Positions 43,571 through 57,400 of a stretch of 64,000 nucleotides of DNA are shown in pieces (position 1 is the stretch's first letter; the number at the start of each line of letters is the position of its first letter). The stretch lies in NCBI GenBank assembly GCA_022009855.1, contig CP091727.1:3006145-3070144 (forward strand), read 5' to 3'. The notes under the pieces are model-generated. The model made no database searches. It saw nothing but the letters and a program-made list of their open reading frames with translations, and was not told the origin of the DNA. The position numbers and the translations under genes are program-made. The DNA comes from Lentisphaeria bacterium (GTDB lineage Bacteria; Verrucomicrobiota; Lentisphaeria; Victivallales; Victivallaceae).

Positions 43571-44282
43571 TCAGCGGGAGCCGGAGCGGCTGTCTTGCGG
43601 AAAGTTCCAATTGCGGATCACTGCTTTTTCTTTGCTTCTTCGGCGGCTTTTTTTCGCTTTGGCGTCGGCAGTTTGCTTATCTTTGCGGGTCTTGTTGATG
43701 AGCTGCTTGAGCGCGCCCCGGTTGGAGGCGTAGGGGTAGCGCTTCTGGGCGCTGAGGAGGATGTTCAACCGTTTGTTGAGATTCTTTTCCTTTTTCGCCC
43801 GGTTCATTGCTCCGGTGACAGCGACCGCCTGCTGTGTGGTAATCATCTTGTCCAGCGCGGCCATATTGGAGGCTTTCGGATATTTTTTTTCTGGCGTTCA
43901 GCAGCATGTTGATCCGGTTGTCCAGATTCTTGTTCCGGCGGGCCTGGTTCATCACGTTGGTCACGGAGCGCGCCTGCTGATCGGCGATTTTCTTCTCTTT
44001 GGCCAGCTGCTCCTGACGGGCTTTCCAAAGTTTTTGCTGTTCCGCCTGAAGAGTGTGAAGTTTCTCCAGTTCCTCCTTCAGGAGTTCGCGGTCTTCCGCA
44101 GAGAGCTCCTCTTCGGTCAGACGGCAGCTGCCGTCGCGATGGACGATTTCGATGCCGCGCCAGGTGATGTCGATCACTTCGACGTCGCGATAACCGCCGA
44201 GTCTTTCATATCTCGCCGCAAACAATGAGCTGCTGAACAAGATCAGCACTGCGGCAACACCGGAAATGCTTCTGTATCTCAT
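43571..44282 (-). CDS. Secreted coiled-coil hypothetical protein (frameshifted; internal repeat NKNLD/N.R.N.LL)
   Basis: Signal peptide; two similar helical segments. Confidence 0.6.
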
Positions 44283-44413
44283 GGTGTTTCCCTGAACTGG
44301 AAATGATTTGTCTGTCGTTACGTTCTTATTAATATACGTTTCAAGAGGCTTTTTTGCAAGAGCTTCACCGGAAGTTGCCTGTCGTTTTGTCGGACAGAGA
44401 ATTGAATCTTTGT

Positions 44414-44496
44414 TGAACTTTAAAGTTCATTCATTTAAAAAAAGTTCATTTTTCTTTCTGAATTCTCTTGACATTGCCGGGTAAATCTGGTATAAT
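44414..44496 (+). promoter_or_regulatory. 16-bp palindrome TGAACTTTAAAGTTCA (44414-44429) and sigma-70 promoter (44468-44496)
   Basis: TTGACA-17-TATAAT with TG extension; additional half-sites AAAGTTCA and TGAACTTT nearby. Confidence 0.75.
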
Positions 44497-44539
44497 TAAG
44501 AGAGATGAACGGTGAACTTTTCAGCTGATGGAAGGAATC

Positions 44540-45627
44540 ATGGCGGATTATTCGATACGTGACATTGCGCGAATGGCCGGCGTGTCGGTGGGGACTGTGA
44601 GTCGGATCCTGAACAATGCCGACAACGTCAGCGATGAGATCCGCCGGCGGACGCTCGACGTGATCCGGCAGGTGAACTACCGGGCCGGTCGGCGCGGCCG
44701 GCGGCGGGAACATCTGCCGGAGCGTGTCCCGGCTGGAACAGGTCGCAGAATCCGGACGATTGCGATGCTTTCGCCGGGCATGTCTTCCGCGTGGAAGGGG
44801 AACGAGTTGTGGACCACGTTCCTTTCCGGCATTGAACGTGCCTGGGGGGAGCGCGGCGCCCGTCTCGCCATCTACATGGCGGATATGGAGCCGGAGGAGA
44901 TCGTGTGGGAGATTTCCGCCGGGGCCGACGGTGTGCTCATCAAGACCAATCAGGAGATGCCTTCCTACGTTGATGAACTGATTTCCCGGCTTCCCTGCGT
45001 GGGATTCGGGGCGATTCCAACCGGTGGAGCATATCCGCAGGTGGTGCTGGACAATCACGCCGGCGGCGCGATTGCCACCCGGGAACTTCTTCAGATGGGG
45101 CACCGCCGGATCGCCTTTCTGAATCATGAGGCGCTCAACAGCATTTTCATCGCCCGCTCCAACGGATATATGGAAGTGATGAAGAGCGCCGGGCTGTTTC
45201 ACGGAGAATATCTTCTGGAACTTCAACTCTCCGAATACCACAGCGTTACTTCTCCGGAGGCGGCGCCGCCGGATCTTTCCGGTGCTCTCGACCGGCTTCT
45301 GGCATTGCCCGAACCGCCGACCGCGGTGGTGGTGGTCAATGACTGGGGGGCGTTCGGACTGCTGCGCGCCTGCCGGGCGAGGGAGTCCGGGTGCCGGAAG
45401 ATCTCAGCATCATCGGGATGGATGACTCCGGCAGTTTCCCGACATTGCTGACACCCACTCTCAGTTCGATTGCCATGCCGTTCGATCGGGTGGCCTATTT
45501 TGCGTCGTGCACGCTCTGCGATCTGATGGACGGGGTCGGGGCACACCAGCGCAACGTGAATTCGATCGTGCAGATTGCCGGGGAGTTGAAGAAACGCGGC
45601 TCGATCTCTCCCCGTCTTGAACCGTGA
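44540..45627 (+). CDS. LacI family regulator (one frameshift)
   Basis: SIRDIARMAGVSVGTVSRILN; PEDLSIIGMDD..PTLSSI. Confidence 0.9.
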
Positions 45628-46109
45628 TGGATGATCTCTCTCTGCGCGTCAGAGCGGAAGAACAAAGAAAAAAGCAGATGTCATGTTGAAACAACGGACC
45701 GAAGATATGTCAAAATGGAGGTGGACATGAGAAGAAGATTGTTTACTTTAATAGAACTTTTAGTAGTTATTGCGATCATCGCCATTTTGGCCGCGATGCT
45801 GCTGCCGGCGTTGAACCGGGCGCGGGAGTCGGCGCGGCAGGCCAATTGCCTGAGCAACATGAAGCAGATCGGGGTCATTGACCAGAGCTATGCGCAGGAT
45901 AACAATGATTATCTGACTCCGGCGATCTATATACGGGATGGAGAAGAAAGTATTGTTAAAACCTGGTATCGCAACAACTATCTCCCGGTCGGGAACTTCA
46001 AGATCGTGCGTTGTCCCTCCACACAGCAGTTCGAAATTCGAGGTGCCGGCCAGAGCTGGACTGCGATCAACGGAGATGGTATGATAAATAGCTGACGTTC
46101 GCGGTTTCT

Positions 46110-46320
46110 GCTTGCGGCGTGTAATTTATGGCGATTAACTTACACGTATGGAAGCGGACAGGTTGCAGACTGAATATTTATTTGAGGCGCCTCCGAGAAG
46201 AGGATGACCCCGGAAAGGAGATTAGTCAGATCTGCAAACCAGAGCGCCACCGTAGAGAGCGATGTTAATTCGACTACTCTGTATAGGAGGATGGTGAGGC
46301 CGTGACAGCAGTTCCGCTTC
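46110..46320 (+). ncRNA. Predicted IS110 bridge RNA
   Basis: Stems 46118-24/46140-46, 46151-58/46313-20, 46161-73/46226-40; loop segments match target and donor. Confidence 0.7.
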
Positions 46321-46349
46321 GATTCGTGAAAAACGAATGGAGGCTGACG

Positions 46350-47368
46350 ATGATGACAAGTTTTGTGGGAGTGGATTTGCACCGGAACAACTTCACGTAT
46401 TGTATCCGGGAAAACGGCGAGGAGAAGAAAATCGGCAAGTGCGAAATCAGTGAGTTGAAAGGTTTTGCTTCACTGCTCGGAAAGGATACTGCCATGGCGG
46501 TGGAAGCGACCGGCAACACATTTATGTTTTGCCGGTTCCTGAAAGCTCATGTGGGACGGCTCGTCGTAGTAAATCCCTCACAGTTCAAAGTGATCAGCAC
46601 GTCCACGAAAAAGACGGACAAGCATGACGCGAAAATATTGGCGGAGTTTCTGGAAAAGGATATGCTTCCGGAGGTAAGAATGAAAGACGATTTACAAGCG
46701 AAGATTTCAAGTTTGACGCAGACCAGGGAAAAGCTGGTTCAGTTGCGTACCGTCTTGAAAAACAAAGTCAATAATCTGCTGGCTGCCAATTTCATCGTTT
46801 TGAAGCGGGAGGAGTTGTCCACGGAGACCGGGCTTCGGAAAGCTTTGAGCTTTCACTTTGACCCAATCACCGATACGGAACTGTTCGTGGTCGTCGAACA
46901 AATTCGCAGCTTGAATCAAAGCATTGAAAAATTGGATAAGACGATTGAGGATCATGGCAGTAAGATGGACGGCTTCAAGAATCTGAAATCCATTAAAGGA
47001 ATCGGTTCGAAAGGGGCGGCAACTCTGCTCTCGACAATCGGCAATATCCATGACTTCCGTTCTTCGAAACAGCTTGCGGCTTATATCGGAATCGTCCCGA
47101 GAGTAAGTAATTCAAATGATACGGTCTGTCATGGACGAATCACGAAGAACGGCAGCAAAATTGCACGAACCACATTGGTTCAATGTGCGCTGATCGCAAA
47201 ACGATACAGCCCGTATCTCCATGCCTTTCATGAATCGGTTAAAAGTCGGCGGGGTGGAGCGAAAGCCAATATCGCCTTGGCTCGCAAATTCCTCGATATC
47301 GTGTATCGAACATTAAAAAACAACTGGATGTTTGAGGATTTTACTCAATTCAAACTCGTAAAAATTGA
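46350..47368 (+). CDS. IS110 DEDD recombinase (3' end approximate; ORF track reads through into the pilin remnant)
   Basis: VGVDLH, VEATG, KTDKHDA, SIKGIG, GIVPRVSNS, GRITKNG, ALARK; SD GGAGG. Confidence 0.92.
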
Positions 47369-47833
47369 GTTTTTCCCGGCATCGAAGTGGAATTTTATCA
47401 TAGGAGAATATTATGGACAGACACTGCTGCCGAATCTTTTCGTGCATCCCAATGCCGATTCCTCTAAAATGGAAAAATATGTGACGGACTACAACCTTAT
47501 GGAGATGCCTTTTCCCGAAAGTTACGCGGTTCCGTTCGCCCAGCAGGACTTTTTCAATTGCGGAATACTATTGTCTTGACTCTGGATGGGGCGCAGACAA
47601 GGGGAAGGTGGTCGCCTGGCACGGTATTATGGAAGCTCATGGAACAGACGCGTTTTTGGCATTGAATACCGAATCGCAGGGAAATCATATGGCGCGTTAC
47701 AAATCGGTCCTCTTCGTTGGCGGAAATGCCTCCAAGGTTGCGCTGGTTCCCGAGCGGAGGATGATCAACAAAAAAAGAGTTCTGGGGAACGAAAGGCGAT
47801 ATTTGATTTTAATCGGATACGGATGAGGTTTTT

Positions 47834-50520
47834 ATGAAAGCAAACTGGACAATTTTCATGACGATGGGGCTCTGTGCCGCGGTGTCCGCAACGCAGATCG
47901 GGAATCCGGAGAAGTATACCTTCCGCGCTTCGGACAACGGCAGTGATGTGAAGGCGTTTGTCCCCGCGGTGGGAAAGGATCAGGTCCTCACCTGCAACTT
48001 CACTGATCAGTCGGACGCGGACAACTACATGTTTGTCGACTTCGGTAGTTTCCCGCTCGCCGAATACCTGCCGGGCGGCTATCTCGAGGTCGATTCCGAG
48101 ATCGATAACCCGATTCTGCGCATGAGCCTCTGCGTGGCCGATCCGGCGCGCTTCTGGCCGACCCGGGTGGTGCTCAACGGCGAAATGCCGCTCAAGGCCG
48201 GGCGCAGTAAGGTCCGTTTCTACCTGGATGAACTGCCCGACAAGGCGAAGGACAATCCGAAATATCACCTCTTTCTCTTCCTGCACGACATGGGCGGAAA
48301 ATCCCGGGGAAGGCGACGCTCCGCGTGTTCAACACCCGGTTTGTGAAGAGCGCTCCGGGGTGGGAAAAGGAGAAGAGCGACGCCTACCGCGCGCAGTACA
48401 ACTGGCGGAAGTTCCCGGAACTCGGGAAATATTACCGCGGCAAATACGACCGGCTCGTCCCCGCCGCGGCGGTGACCGGCAATCCTTTTGTCGAAACCAT
48501 TTCGCTCAACGGTGAGTTCGACAAGAGCTTCGTCGGAGATCTGACCTGGAATTATGGACGGCTGCTCAACGATACCCCCCGCCCGCCCCGGTTCGCCTCT
48601 GGCGAGGGCGAAAAAGGTGCAGGTCCCGGAGCCGGAAACCCCTGATCAGCCCGGCGGCCACTACTGGTACAAACGCGATTTCGATCTGCGGAAACCGGCT
48701 TCCGGCCGGGTCTATCTGCAGATCGAAGATCTGGCGGATACGGCGGAACTTTATATCAACGGCGAACGGGCCGGCACGCTCACCTGCGCCCGGCGCCGCA
48801 ATGACTGGATCCTCACCAACAGCTCCCGGCAGACGCACCTCTGGGGAAACCAGCGCGTGAGATGATGAAGTTTCAGCACTTTGAACGGTGCGGCATCGCG
48901 TTTCCTTTCGACGAAAAGGCGATTCCCGACGAGGATGTGCTGCTGCTGCCGATCCTGACCGGGAAATATCCGTGGAACTACGTCTACGACATCACCGATC
49001 TGGTGAAGGCGGGACGCAACACTCTGGCGGTCCGTCTCTACAACAATCCGGTGCGCGGCTACTGGATCTTCCGCAACGGAGAGGCGCGCCATCACAAGGG
49101 CGTGGCCGGAATTTTCGGCGACGTCAACCTCTATGTGGAACCGGCCTCGGCGTTTCTCGCCCTGAATCCGGTCGCCGCCGGGAAGGTGGCTGAAGACGGT
49201 ACCGTGGTGCGGACCATCTCCGGCAAGGTGCGGCCCGGCACGGCGGCGGTCTCCGCGGACGGGCACGGCCTCCGTGGAGACGCGCTTCCGGACAGCGAGG
49301 GAAATTTCTCCATTCCGCTGACGCTGCCGGCGAATTTCGACCGCTACCGCTTCTCGGTGAACGCGAAGGACAAAGAGGGGCGGGTGTTTGACGCGCAGAA
49401 TGTCGAATTCAACGGTTCGGTGATCGAGTTCCGCAACGACAAGCTGTTCGTCAACGGCGATCCCTTCCTGATCCGCGGTGTCAACGGCGACCTCGGCATC
49501 GAGTGGGAGAACGACCGGACCCAGACCCGCCGCCGCTGGCTGAACCGTCTGACGTTCTTCAAGAACCTCGGCTTCAACGCTCTCCGTCTGGAGGGATGCA
49601 CGGCCGAACAGATCGACGATGCCCTGCAGGCCGGAATCATGGTCGTGCCGGTCTACGCCTCCGGCTCCTGCAACACCACCGAGGTGGCGCTGGGGAATCT
49701 GGACAAGCCGGATTTCCAGTTCATCACCGATCCGCACGAGGAGATGGCGCGTCAGCTGAATCACTGCCCGAACATCCTCTTCTGGAACTCCGGCAACGAG
49801 AACCATCCCACTGCCGGTTACAATGACAAGGTGCTGATGGATCGCTATCTTGCCGTTGCCCGCGAACGGCTGCGCGGCGCCGACCCCGACCGGCGTCCGG
49901 TTACCTACGCCAATCTGGACACCTTCGGCAACTTCTGGTTCTTCACCGCCGGGCAGGATGTGCTCGGGTACAACAGCTACCAGTTCATTCCGGAATTCAA
50001 GACGCTTGCCGCCAACATCTACCAGCGCACGAAAATGCCGATCGTCTTCTGCGAGTGGGGATTTACGGAAAATCAGACCAAGGGAACCCGCTACCGCAAC
50101 GAGAATGTGGAAAAGTGGGAACGAGAGATGCGGGAGAAACTCTCCCTGATGCGGCAGTGCCCCGGCGTGGTCGGCGGTTTCCTTTTTCCGCACCACGGCG
50201 AACTTGAAGATGTCCGCGGCCGCGAGTTTCTGCAGGAGATCATGGCGCCGTTCAAGCTCACCCGCGAGAACGATTCAATCAAGTTTGAAAATCAGGACGT
50301 CGCGCCGTTGCGCAAGGTGAGTCTGCTGCTGGTCTCGCCCGACAACGTCATCAGCTCCGAGTGGGCCGATGAGCTCAAACCGGGCCGTTCGCTGCGGGTC
50401 GCCTTCCCGACGGATGCGAAGAAGAACGACGCTCTGCGGCTGGAGATCCGCTTCGAGACGCATCGCGGGCTGAACCACAGTTACACCAAAATGGTGAACC
50501 GGATTCCGGGCAACCGATAA
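47834..50520 (+). CDS. Secreted GH2-like glycoside hydrolase (frameshifted)
   Basis: Signal peptide; WYKRDF, YDITDLVKAGRNTLAVRL, IRGVN, FWNSGNE, FCEWG. Confidence 0.8.
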
Positions 50521-50536
50521 GAGAAAGGGTAAATCA

Positions 50537-51262
50537 ATGAAACAGTTCTGTATTCTGCTGGCGTTTTGCGCCGTCGTCGGCGCGGCGGCCGGGGAGTTCT
50601 ACCGGCTCGACCTGAACAAACTTGAACCCGGCACCGTGCTGGTGCAAACCGACGCCGCGGGAAGATGCGTGCACTCCGCCCGACCTGGGGCATGTGGCCG
50701 CGCACGCCGGATTCGGTCGGCGCGAAGGTAATCGAGCGCGACGGCGCAAAAAGTGCTGGAAATTGAAAAGGGATTTCAGGTCAATGCCGGCGAATGGAAT
50801 GCCGGTGTGAGCGATGCTCAGCAGAGCGTCGCCTACTGCCGTGTCACGTTTCTGCTGCCGGAACTCTCCGGCAAGGGGCTGGCGGGCACGCTCCGGCTGC
50901 AGCAGGTCAACAACTGTACCGCTGCGTTCATCGGCTTCGAACCGAAAGGGGAGATGTTCGATGTGCTGGTCAGCAACGGAGACGGCAACGGCAAGGTGGT
51001 CTGGCAGAAGATCGGCCGGGTCGAACCGAACAAATGGTTCACCGTCGACATTAAAATGGATTTCAACGGCAAAACCTGCGACGTCGCGCTCGACGGCGGC
51101 GAATGGCAGACCGGAAAGAAGTTCCGTCACGCGTCGAGCTGGGAGGGCACGATGTGGGCGCGGGGATTGAACGTGCGCGACTACCGCTATGACATCGAAG
51201 CAGGCAAGAGCCCGGTACTGGTGCGTGATATCGTCTTCAGCTCCGACCCGATCGGCAGATAG
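50537..51262 (+). CDS. Secreted beta-sandwich (lectin/CBM-like) protein (frameshifted)
   Basis: Signal peptide; Trp-rich beta-strand pattern (VEPNKWFTVDIKMDF). Confidence 0.55.
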
Positions 51263-51276
51263 GAGGTGAGGTTTCG

Positions 51277-53305
51277 ATGAATCCGAATTCCGGTTCGCTC
51301 CGCCGTTTTCTGGAGGAGAGCCCGTTTCCGGACTATCTGGAACGGTGCTGGAACGGGCGGTATTATCTGAATTTTCCGGTGGAATCCGGAAAATCCACCT
51401 ACGATCCCGGCGGCGTGTGCGCTCATGTGCTCTACTATCTGGTCTACACCGGGGTGCTCGGAATCTCCCGGGTGCCGCGCGGAAGAGCGGCGCAGCTGGC
51501 GGAATGGCTCGCTACGCAGGTGCGCGAGGACGGCTACTGCCTGACGGAAGATGGATTCACCGATCACCCCGCCTACGCCTCCACGCTCGGAGATGCCCTG
51601 GGAGCCGCTCTCTTTCATGCCGGGGAAAATCGGGCTTGCTGGCGAGGCGAAGGCGCGTGTCCTCGCCGCGCTGACCCGGCTGGCGGAGCGCCATCCCCGG
51701 ATTCGTTTTCCGGAGGGCGCGCAGGGCAAGACTCAGCAACTCCGCTTCGAGCTGCGCATCTACTACTGGATGATGCTCTTTTCCGCCGATCCGGTCTGGA
51801 AGGAGCGGTTCGAACTGGCGCTGGAACGCGGCATTCACCGCTACACCCATCCGGCCGCGGTGGACGGTCCGCTGCTTCAGCCGAGCCTGAATCCGGACTG
51901 GACCTGGAACTACGTCTGCACCGGCGGCCTGACTGACCAGCACGCGACCAACACCCATACGCCCGCATATTACTGCACCGAGCCGAACGGATTCATGTTC
52001 ATCTATCTGCACGCGCTCAAAAACAAAGTGTTCGAGCGGCGTGCCGACCTCGACTGGCTCTGCCGGAACTACATCGCCGGTCTGCTCCGCAATCTGGGCC
52101 GGGTGGGAAATCTCGCGAGCGATCTCGACGGTTACGGCATCCACCGCGCCTGGTTCGGACCGGCGCTGGTGGAAGGGATTCCGCTCGAATCGGCGGCGCT
52201 GGCCGACGAGCTGGCTCTGCCGGAGCTGGCAGCTTACTGCCGCTGGTATGCCGACCGGTACATGGAATTCGTCAAGCGGCGTCCGACCTATGCGGAAAGC
52301 GGTCTGCCGGAGGCGCAGCCCTACGGGCATAAGATCGGCATCGAGGCGCAGTTTTCGCAGCTGGCGGGGGCGCGTTTCTACGGTTCGATCGCGCGGGCGC
52401 TGGCGGAGTTCGGCGAGGTGGATGCGATTGCCCCGGTGGAACCTCCTCCGTACGGTTCGTTCGCCTGGGAGGCGGGCTGGCTCCGGGTCAGCACGCCGGA
52501 GTACGAAACCTCGTTCGCCGGACACACCTGTCTGCGGAACATTCCGGTGGTGCCCTGTTACGGCGATCCGAACCTCGGCACCCTGATCGGCGGAGCGCCG
52601 CTGGCGACGCTCTACTCCGGAAAGGAGCTGATGTATGCGGCGAGTTTTCCGGCCGCTTCGCTGTGGCACATCGAGGCGGAGGATCACAACGGCCGCCGAT
52701 TCTTGAGCTGTTCGACTTCGCCGGAGGACGACACGTCGATGACGGTCCGGCGCGCTCCGGACGGCGCGGTGCTCGATTCGACCTCGTTCGACCCCTACGA
52801 ACCGCCCTGCAATCTCTTCCTGGAGAAGGGGGATTTCTCGAGATGAACTGGCAGCGGCGGGAACGGGCAAACCGGTTCTGCTTCTATGTGCACAACCGTT
52901 ATTTCGCGGATCATCTGGAGTTGGACTTCGGCATGAAAGGAATGGCGGGCCACTACTGGGATAAAATCTCCTTCGTGCTGCCGCTGCCGGATGAAACGGC
53001 GGAGTACCGGGATTCCTCCGGAGCCTTTCTGCCGCTCGCCGGACTGGATCGTCTGCCGGAAGCGCTCCGCTGGCGGTGCGGCGGCCGCGTCTGTCTCATC
53101 GACCGGATGGAACTGCAGGGTGCGGGGGAGGGGGCATGCTTCTCCGTGGCGGTGCGGAATCTCCCCCGCCGCCCCGGGGATGCCCGGCGGCGTGAACAGT
53201 TTTTCGCCGCACTCGACCAGCCAGGTGCGGTTTGAAATCGTTCCGTCGACTCAGGACCGGATCTGGCGGCTCCGCTGCCGCCTCTCCTTTCTGCCGGCGG
53301 AGTGA
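51277..53305 (+). CDS. Hypothetical protein in a CAZyme operon (frameshifted; may be two genes split near 52843)
   Basis: SD AGGAGG; overlapping ORFs 51277-, 51551-, 52663-, 52991-. Confidence 0.55.
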
Positions 53306-53413
53306 TTTTCTTCTCCTGCGGCCCCGGTTTGTGCCGCGAAATGTAAAAAAGACGCCGGACGTGTCGTCGTATTGAGAAGCCTTCTCGACAGCACCCCGGC
53401 GGCAGTTTAATGC

Positions 53414-53461
53414 GAAACCCTGTGCGGCATCTCTGCCGGAGCCGCACGGGGTTTCCTTTTT
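53414..53461 (+). terminator. Intrinsic terminator
   Basis: GAAACCCTGTGCGGC / GCCGCACGGGGTTTC followed by a T-tract. Confidence 0.75.
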
Positions 53462-53560
53462 CTCTTGTGGCGGGTGCTGAGAAATCCGGGCGTCTTCCCG
53501 ACCGTGTCCGAAGAAAAAATCATCTGGTGAAAAGTGACAAATATTTAGATTTTTTTACCG

Positions 53561-53589
53561 TTGACTTTCGGGGCCTTTCATGGTATACT
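53561..53589 (+). promoter_or_regulatory. Sigma-70 promoter for the pilin #3 operon
   Basis: TTGACT-17-TATACT with TG extension. Confidence 0.7.
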
Positions 53590-53649
53590 ATTCCCATAAG
53601 AATTCCCGGAGGCACAGCGGGAATACAACCTCAACTGCGGAGTTGCAAG

Positions 53650-54428
<779 letters not shown>

Positions 54429-54436
54429 GCTTGATC

Positions 54437-57400
54437 ATGAAACATTCTGTACTCGCATTCTGTCTCGCCTGTCTGGCGGGATTTGCCGCCGCATCGGAAA
54501 ACTGGTGGCAGTATTCTCCCGACCGGGGATTTCGTTTTGAATCGCTTCCGGCGCAGATCGTCCTGTATGAACCGGGGTGGAACGCTCTGTATGCAAAGAA
54601 GTTGAATCAGCAGAATCTCCTCTCCGGTGCCGTCACCCCCGGGAAGGAGGGGGTGCTTCACTGTGAAATGCGTTTTCAGTCGCCGGAGCCGAGAAAGGTT
54701 CAGGAACTTGCGCTGGAATTTCAACTGCCGGCAAAAACGCCCTTTTTGCTGCTGGACAAACTCAAAGTCGATCTGCCGCGCAGCCTGAACGAGCAGAAAT
54801 GGATCATTTTGGGCGGCTGGAAGGCGAAGTCTTTGACCATTCCGCTGGCGAGCGGGGCGTCGCTGATTCTGCGGGGCGATCTCGACGTCTGGTGTCAGGA
54901 CAACCGTCGGTTCGGCGGTTCCCGGTTTCTGCTGCGGCTGCGTTTTTCCCCGAAGGCGGGGATGCTGGAGGCCGCGTCGCTGAAGTTTGAGGTGGAACGA
55001 AAGGGAGTCGTCTCTCTCCCGCAGGATCTTGCCGGGGTGATGAACCGGGGGGCTGCGCGACGAGGTCGCCGGCGACGGGCAGGGCGGCTGGACCGATCAG
55101 GGACCGGAAAACGACCTGCGCCAGCTTCCCGCAGGGCTGCTGCGCTTCGGCGAGGCCTCATTCCGGATCGTCGATGAAGAAATCAACCGCGGGAAGGCGG
55201 CGATCGTGCTCGGGCGGAATGTTTCCGGAGCCTGTGAGTTCCCGCTTCAGGGCCGGGGGGAACTGGCTCTACTTCCTGCACGCGAGCGCCTGGGGGCGAG
55301 GAATGCTGAAATCGGCGAGATCGACGTCACCTTTGCCGACGGTTCCGGACAGACGTTCCCCGTCATTCAGAACCGCGACATCGGCAACTGGTGGATGCCC
55401 TCCCATTTCAAAAACGCAACCAATGTGTGGAGCGTGGAAAATCCTCAGTGTTATGTCGGCCTCTATCTGAGTCAGTTCCCGTTGAAGCGAAATGATCCGG
55501 TACGCATTCGCCTGCGTTCCGGTGCCGGCGCCTGCTGGATGATTCCGGCCATATCGCTTGAAACGCCCGTATTCCGGTCGAACAGTTTGACAAAACCGTC
55601 TATCTTGTGCCGGGGGAGAGAGTGGGCAACGCTGGATTTTCCGGTGACTGTCCAGAAGGGATCTGTACTGGATTTCTCCGATCAGCTCGATGCCCCGGCT
55701 GGAAAGTACGGTCCGGTGAGGATCTCTCCCGAAGGTCATTTCGTCTTTGCGCAGGCCCCGGAGCGGCGCATTCGCTTTTTCGGCGTCAACCTCAGCTACG
55801 GCGCAAACTTTCCCTCCCGGGCCAACGCGGAAAAGCTGGCGGAGCGTCTGGCCGCGGTCGGGTACAATGTCGTCCGCTTCCACCATCAGGACGGCGGGCT
55901 GACCGGCTCCGGTGACGAAATGTTCAACCGGGAGAATCTCGACCGGCTCGACTATTTCATCGCAGCTTTGAAAAAACGGGGCATCTATTTCATGACCGAT
56001 CTGTATGTTTCCCGGGTGCGCCCCTGTTATGCGCCGCTGGCGGGGGCGTTTCCCGTGAAACACTATTCGCCCGCGCTCTTCAAGGCGCTGATTCCGATTC
56101 TGCCGGAGGCGATGGAGGATTGAAGCTCTTCTGCCGCCGCTGGCTCCTTCATGAGAACCCGTACACCGGGATGGTCTGGGGGAGGGATCCGGCTCTGTTT
56201 CAGGTCTCGCTGGTCAACGAGGGGAATCTCGATTTCTTCTGGAACACCACGGCGGAAACGGAGCGGCTGTACCGGGAAAAAATTTTTCCGCTGGATGGCG
56301 GAGCGATTTCCAGCGGAATCCGCGACGGTTTCCCGCTCGGAACCCCGTTTCCTGCAGTTTCTGAATGAGCTGCAGCGCAACGCTCTTCTGGAGCAGAAAC
56401 GTTTTCTGCGCGAGGAGCTGAAGGTGGAGGTGCTCTGTACCGGAATCAACATGGAGAGTTCTCCGGCACTGACGGCCCAGCGGAATCTGCTCGACGTAGT
56501 CGACGACCATCTCTATTTTGATCATCCGAGCTTCCCGGTATCCAACTGGAAACTGCCGGCCAGTTACCGTCAGTATTCGGCGATCCGTCGAAAGGGAAAT
56601 AATTTTCCGGCCGCGCTGTTCTCCTCCCGCATCTACGGCAAACCTTTCACGGTGAGCGAATTCAATTATTGCGCTCCCAACCGGTTTCGCTGTGAGTCCG
56701 GGGCGCTTCTGGGGGCATATGCCGCTCTGCAGGACTACGATGCGCTGATCCGTTTCGACTGGGCCAGCAGCGAGCAGACGGCGCTGCAGCCCGCTCCGCT
56801 GTCCGCCTTTGCCGCCGCCAACGACCCGCTGGCGCAGTTTTCCGACCGCCTTGCCATGCTGCTCTTTCGGCGCGGCGATGTTCGTCCGGCCCGTGAGAAA
56901 GTGGTTTGCGAGATTCCCGATGCGTCCGAATGGAAGACCGCTGCGGCAAAATATCCGCAATCCTTCCGGGAACTCGGTTTCATCGCACAGGTCGGCAGCC
57001 GGGCGGGGGGAGCCGACCCGGCTGATGCAACGGAGTCTCCGTGGTGCGGCGAACGGCCGCTGAGCAATGCCGCGGTGGAGACGCTTCGCCGCAGATTCCG
57101 CTTTGACAACATTGCGCAGAGTGCGTCCGGAGAACTGTATCTGGATGCTGCAAAAGGGGTTTTGAAAATATCCGCGCCCCGGACGGCTGCGATCACCCTG
57201 CCGGGCGGTTCAGAAGTTTCCGGAGTGCTCGCGGTTCGCGGGGCGGACGTTCCCCAGACGATAGCACTCTCGTCTCTGGATGGCAAGCTCCTTGCCGAAA
57301 GCGGCAGAATTCTGCTGCTTCACCTGACTGATACGCTGAACTTTCAGGCGAAATTCAGCGATGCCAACCGGAACACATTGTACAAATGGGGAAGTTCACG

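Larger units (their letters stand above)
46077..47407 (+). mobile_element. IS110-family element, 1331 bp
   Basis: GGAGA at both junctions (46072-46076, 47403-47407); subterminal IR TATGATAAA / TTTATCATA; excision restores the pilin frame. Confidence 0.9.
45727..47806 (+). pseudogene. Prepilin-type / DUF1559-like gene #2, interrupted by IS110
   Basis: [20 protein letters not shown]...CLSNMKQ; removing the IS gives in-frame ...AINGEYYGQTLLPN...; C-terminal HMARYKSVLFVGG. Confidence 0.85.

Noticed and set aside
46302..47579. 425-aa IS110 transposase with an extra C-terminal domain
   Set aside because: The tail is the in-frame remainder of the interrupted pilin beyond the IS end
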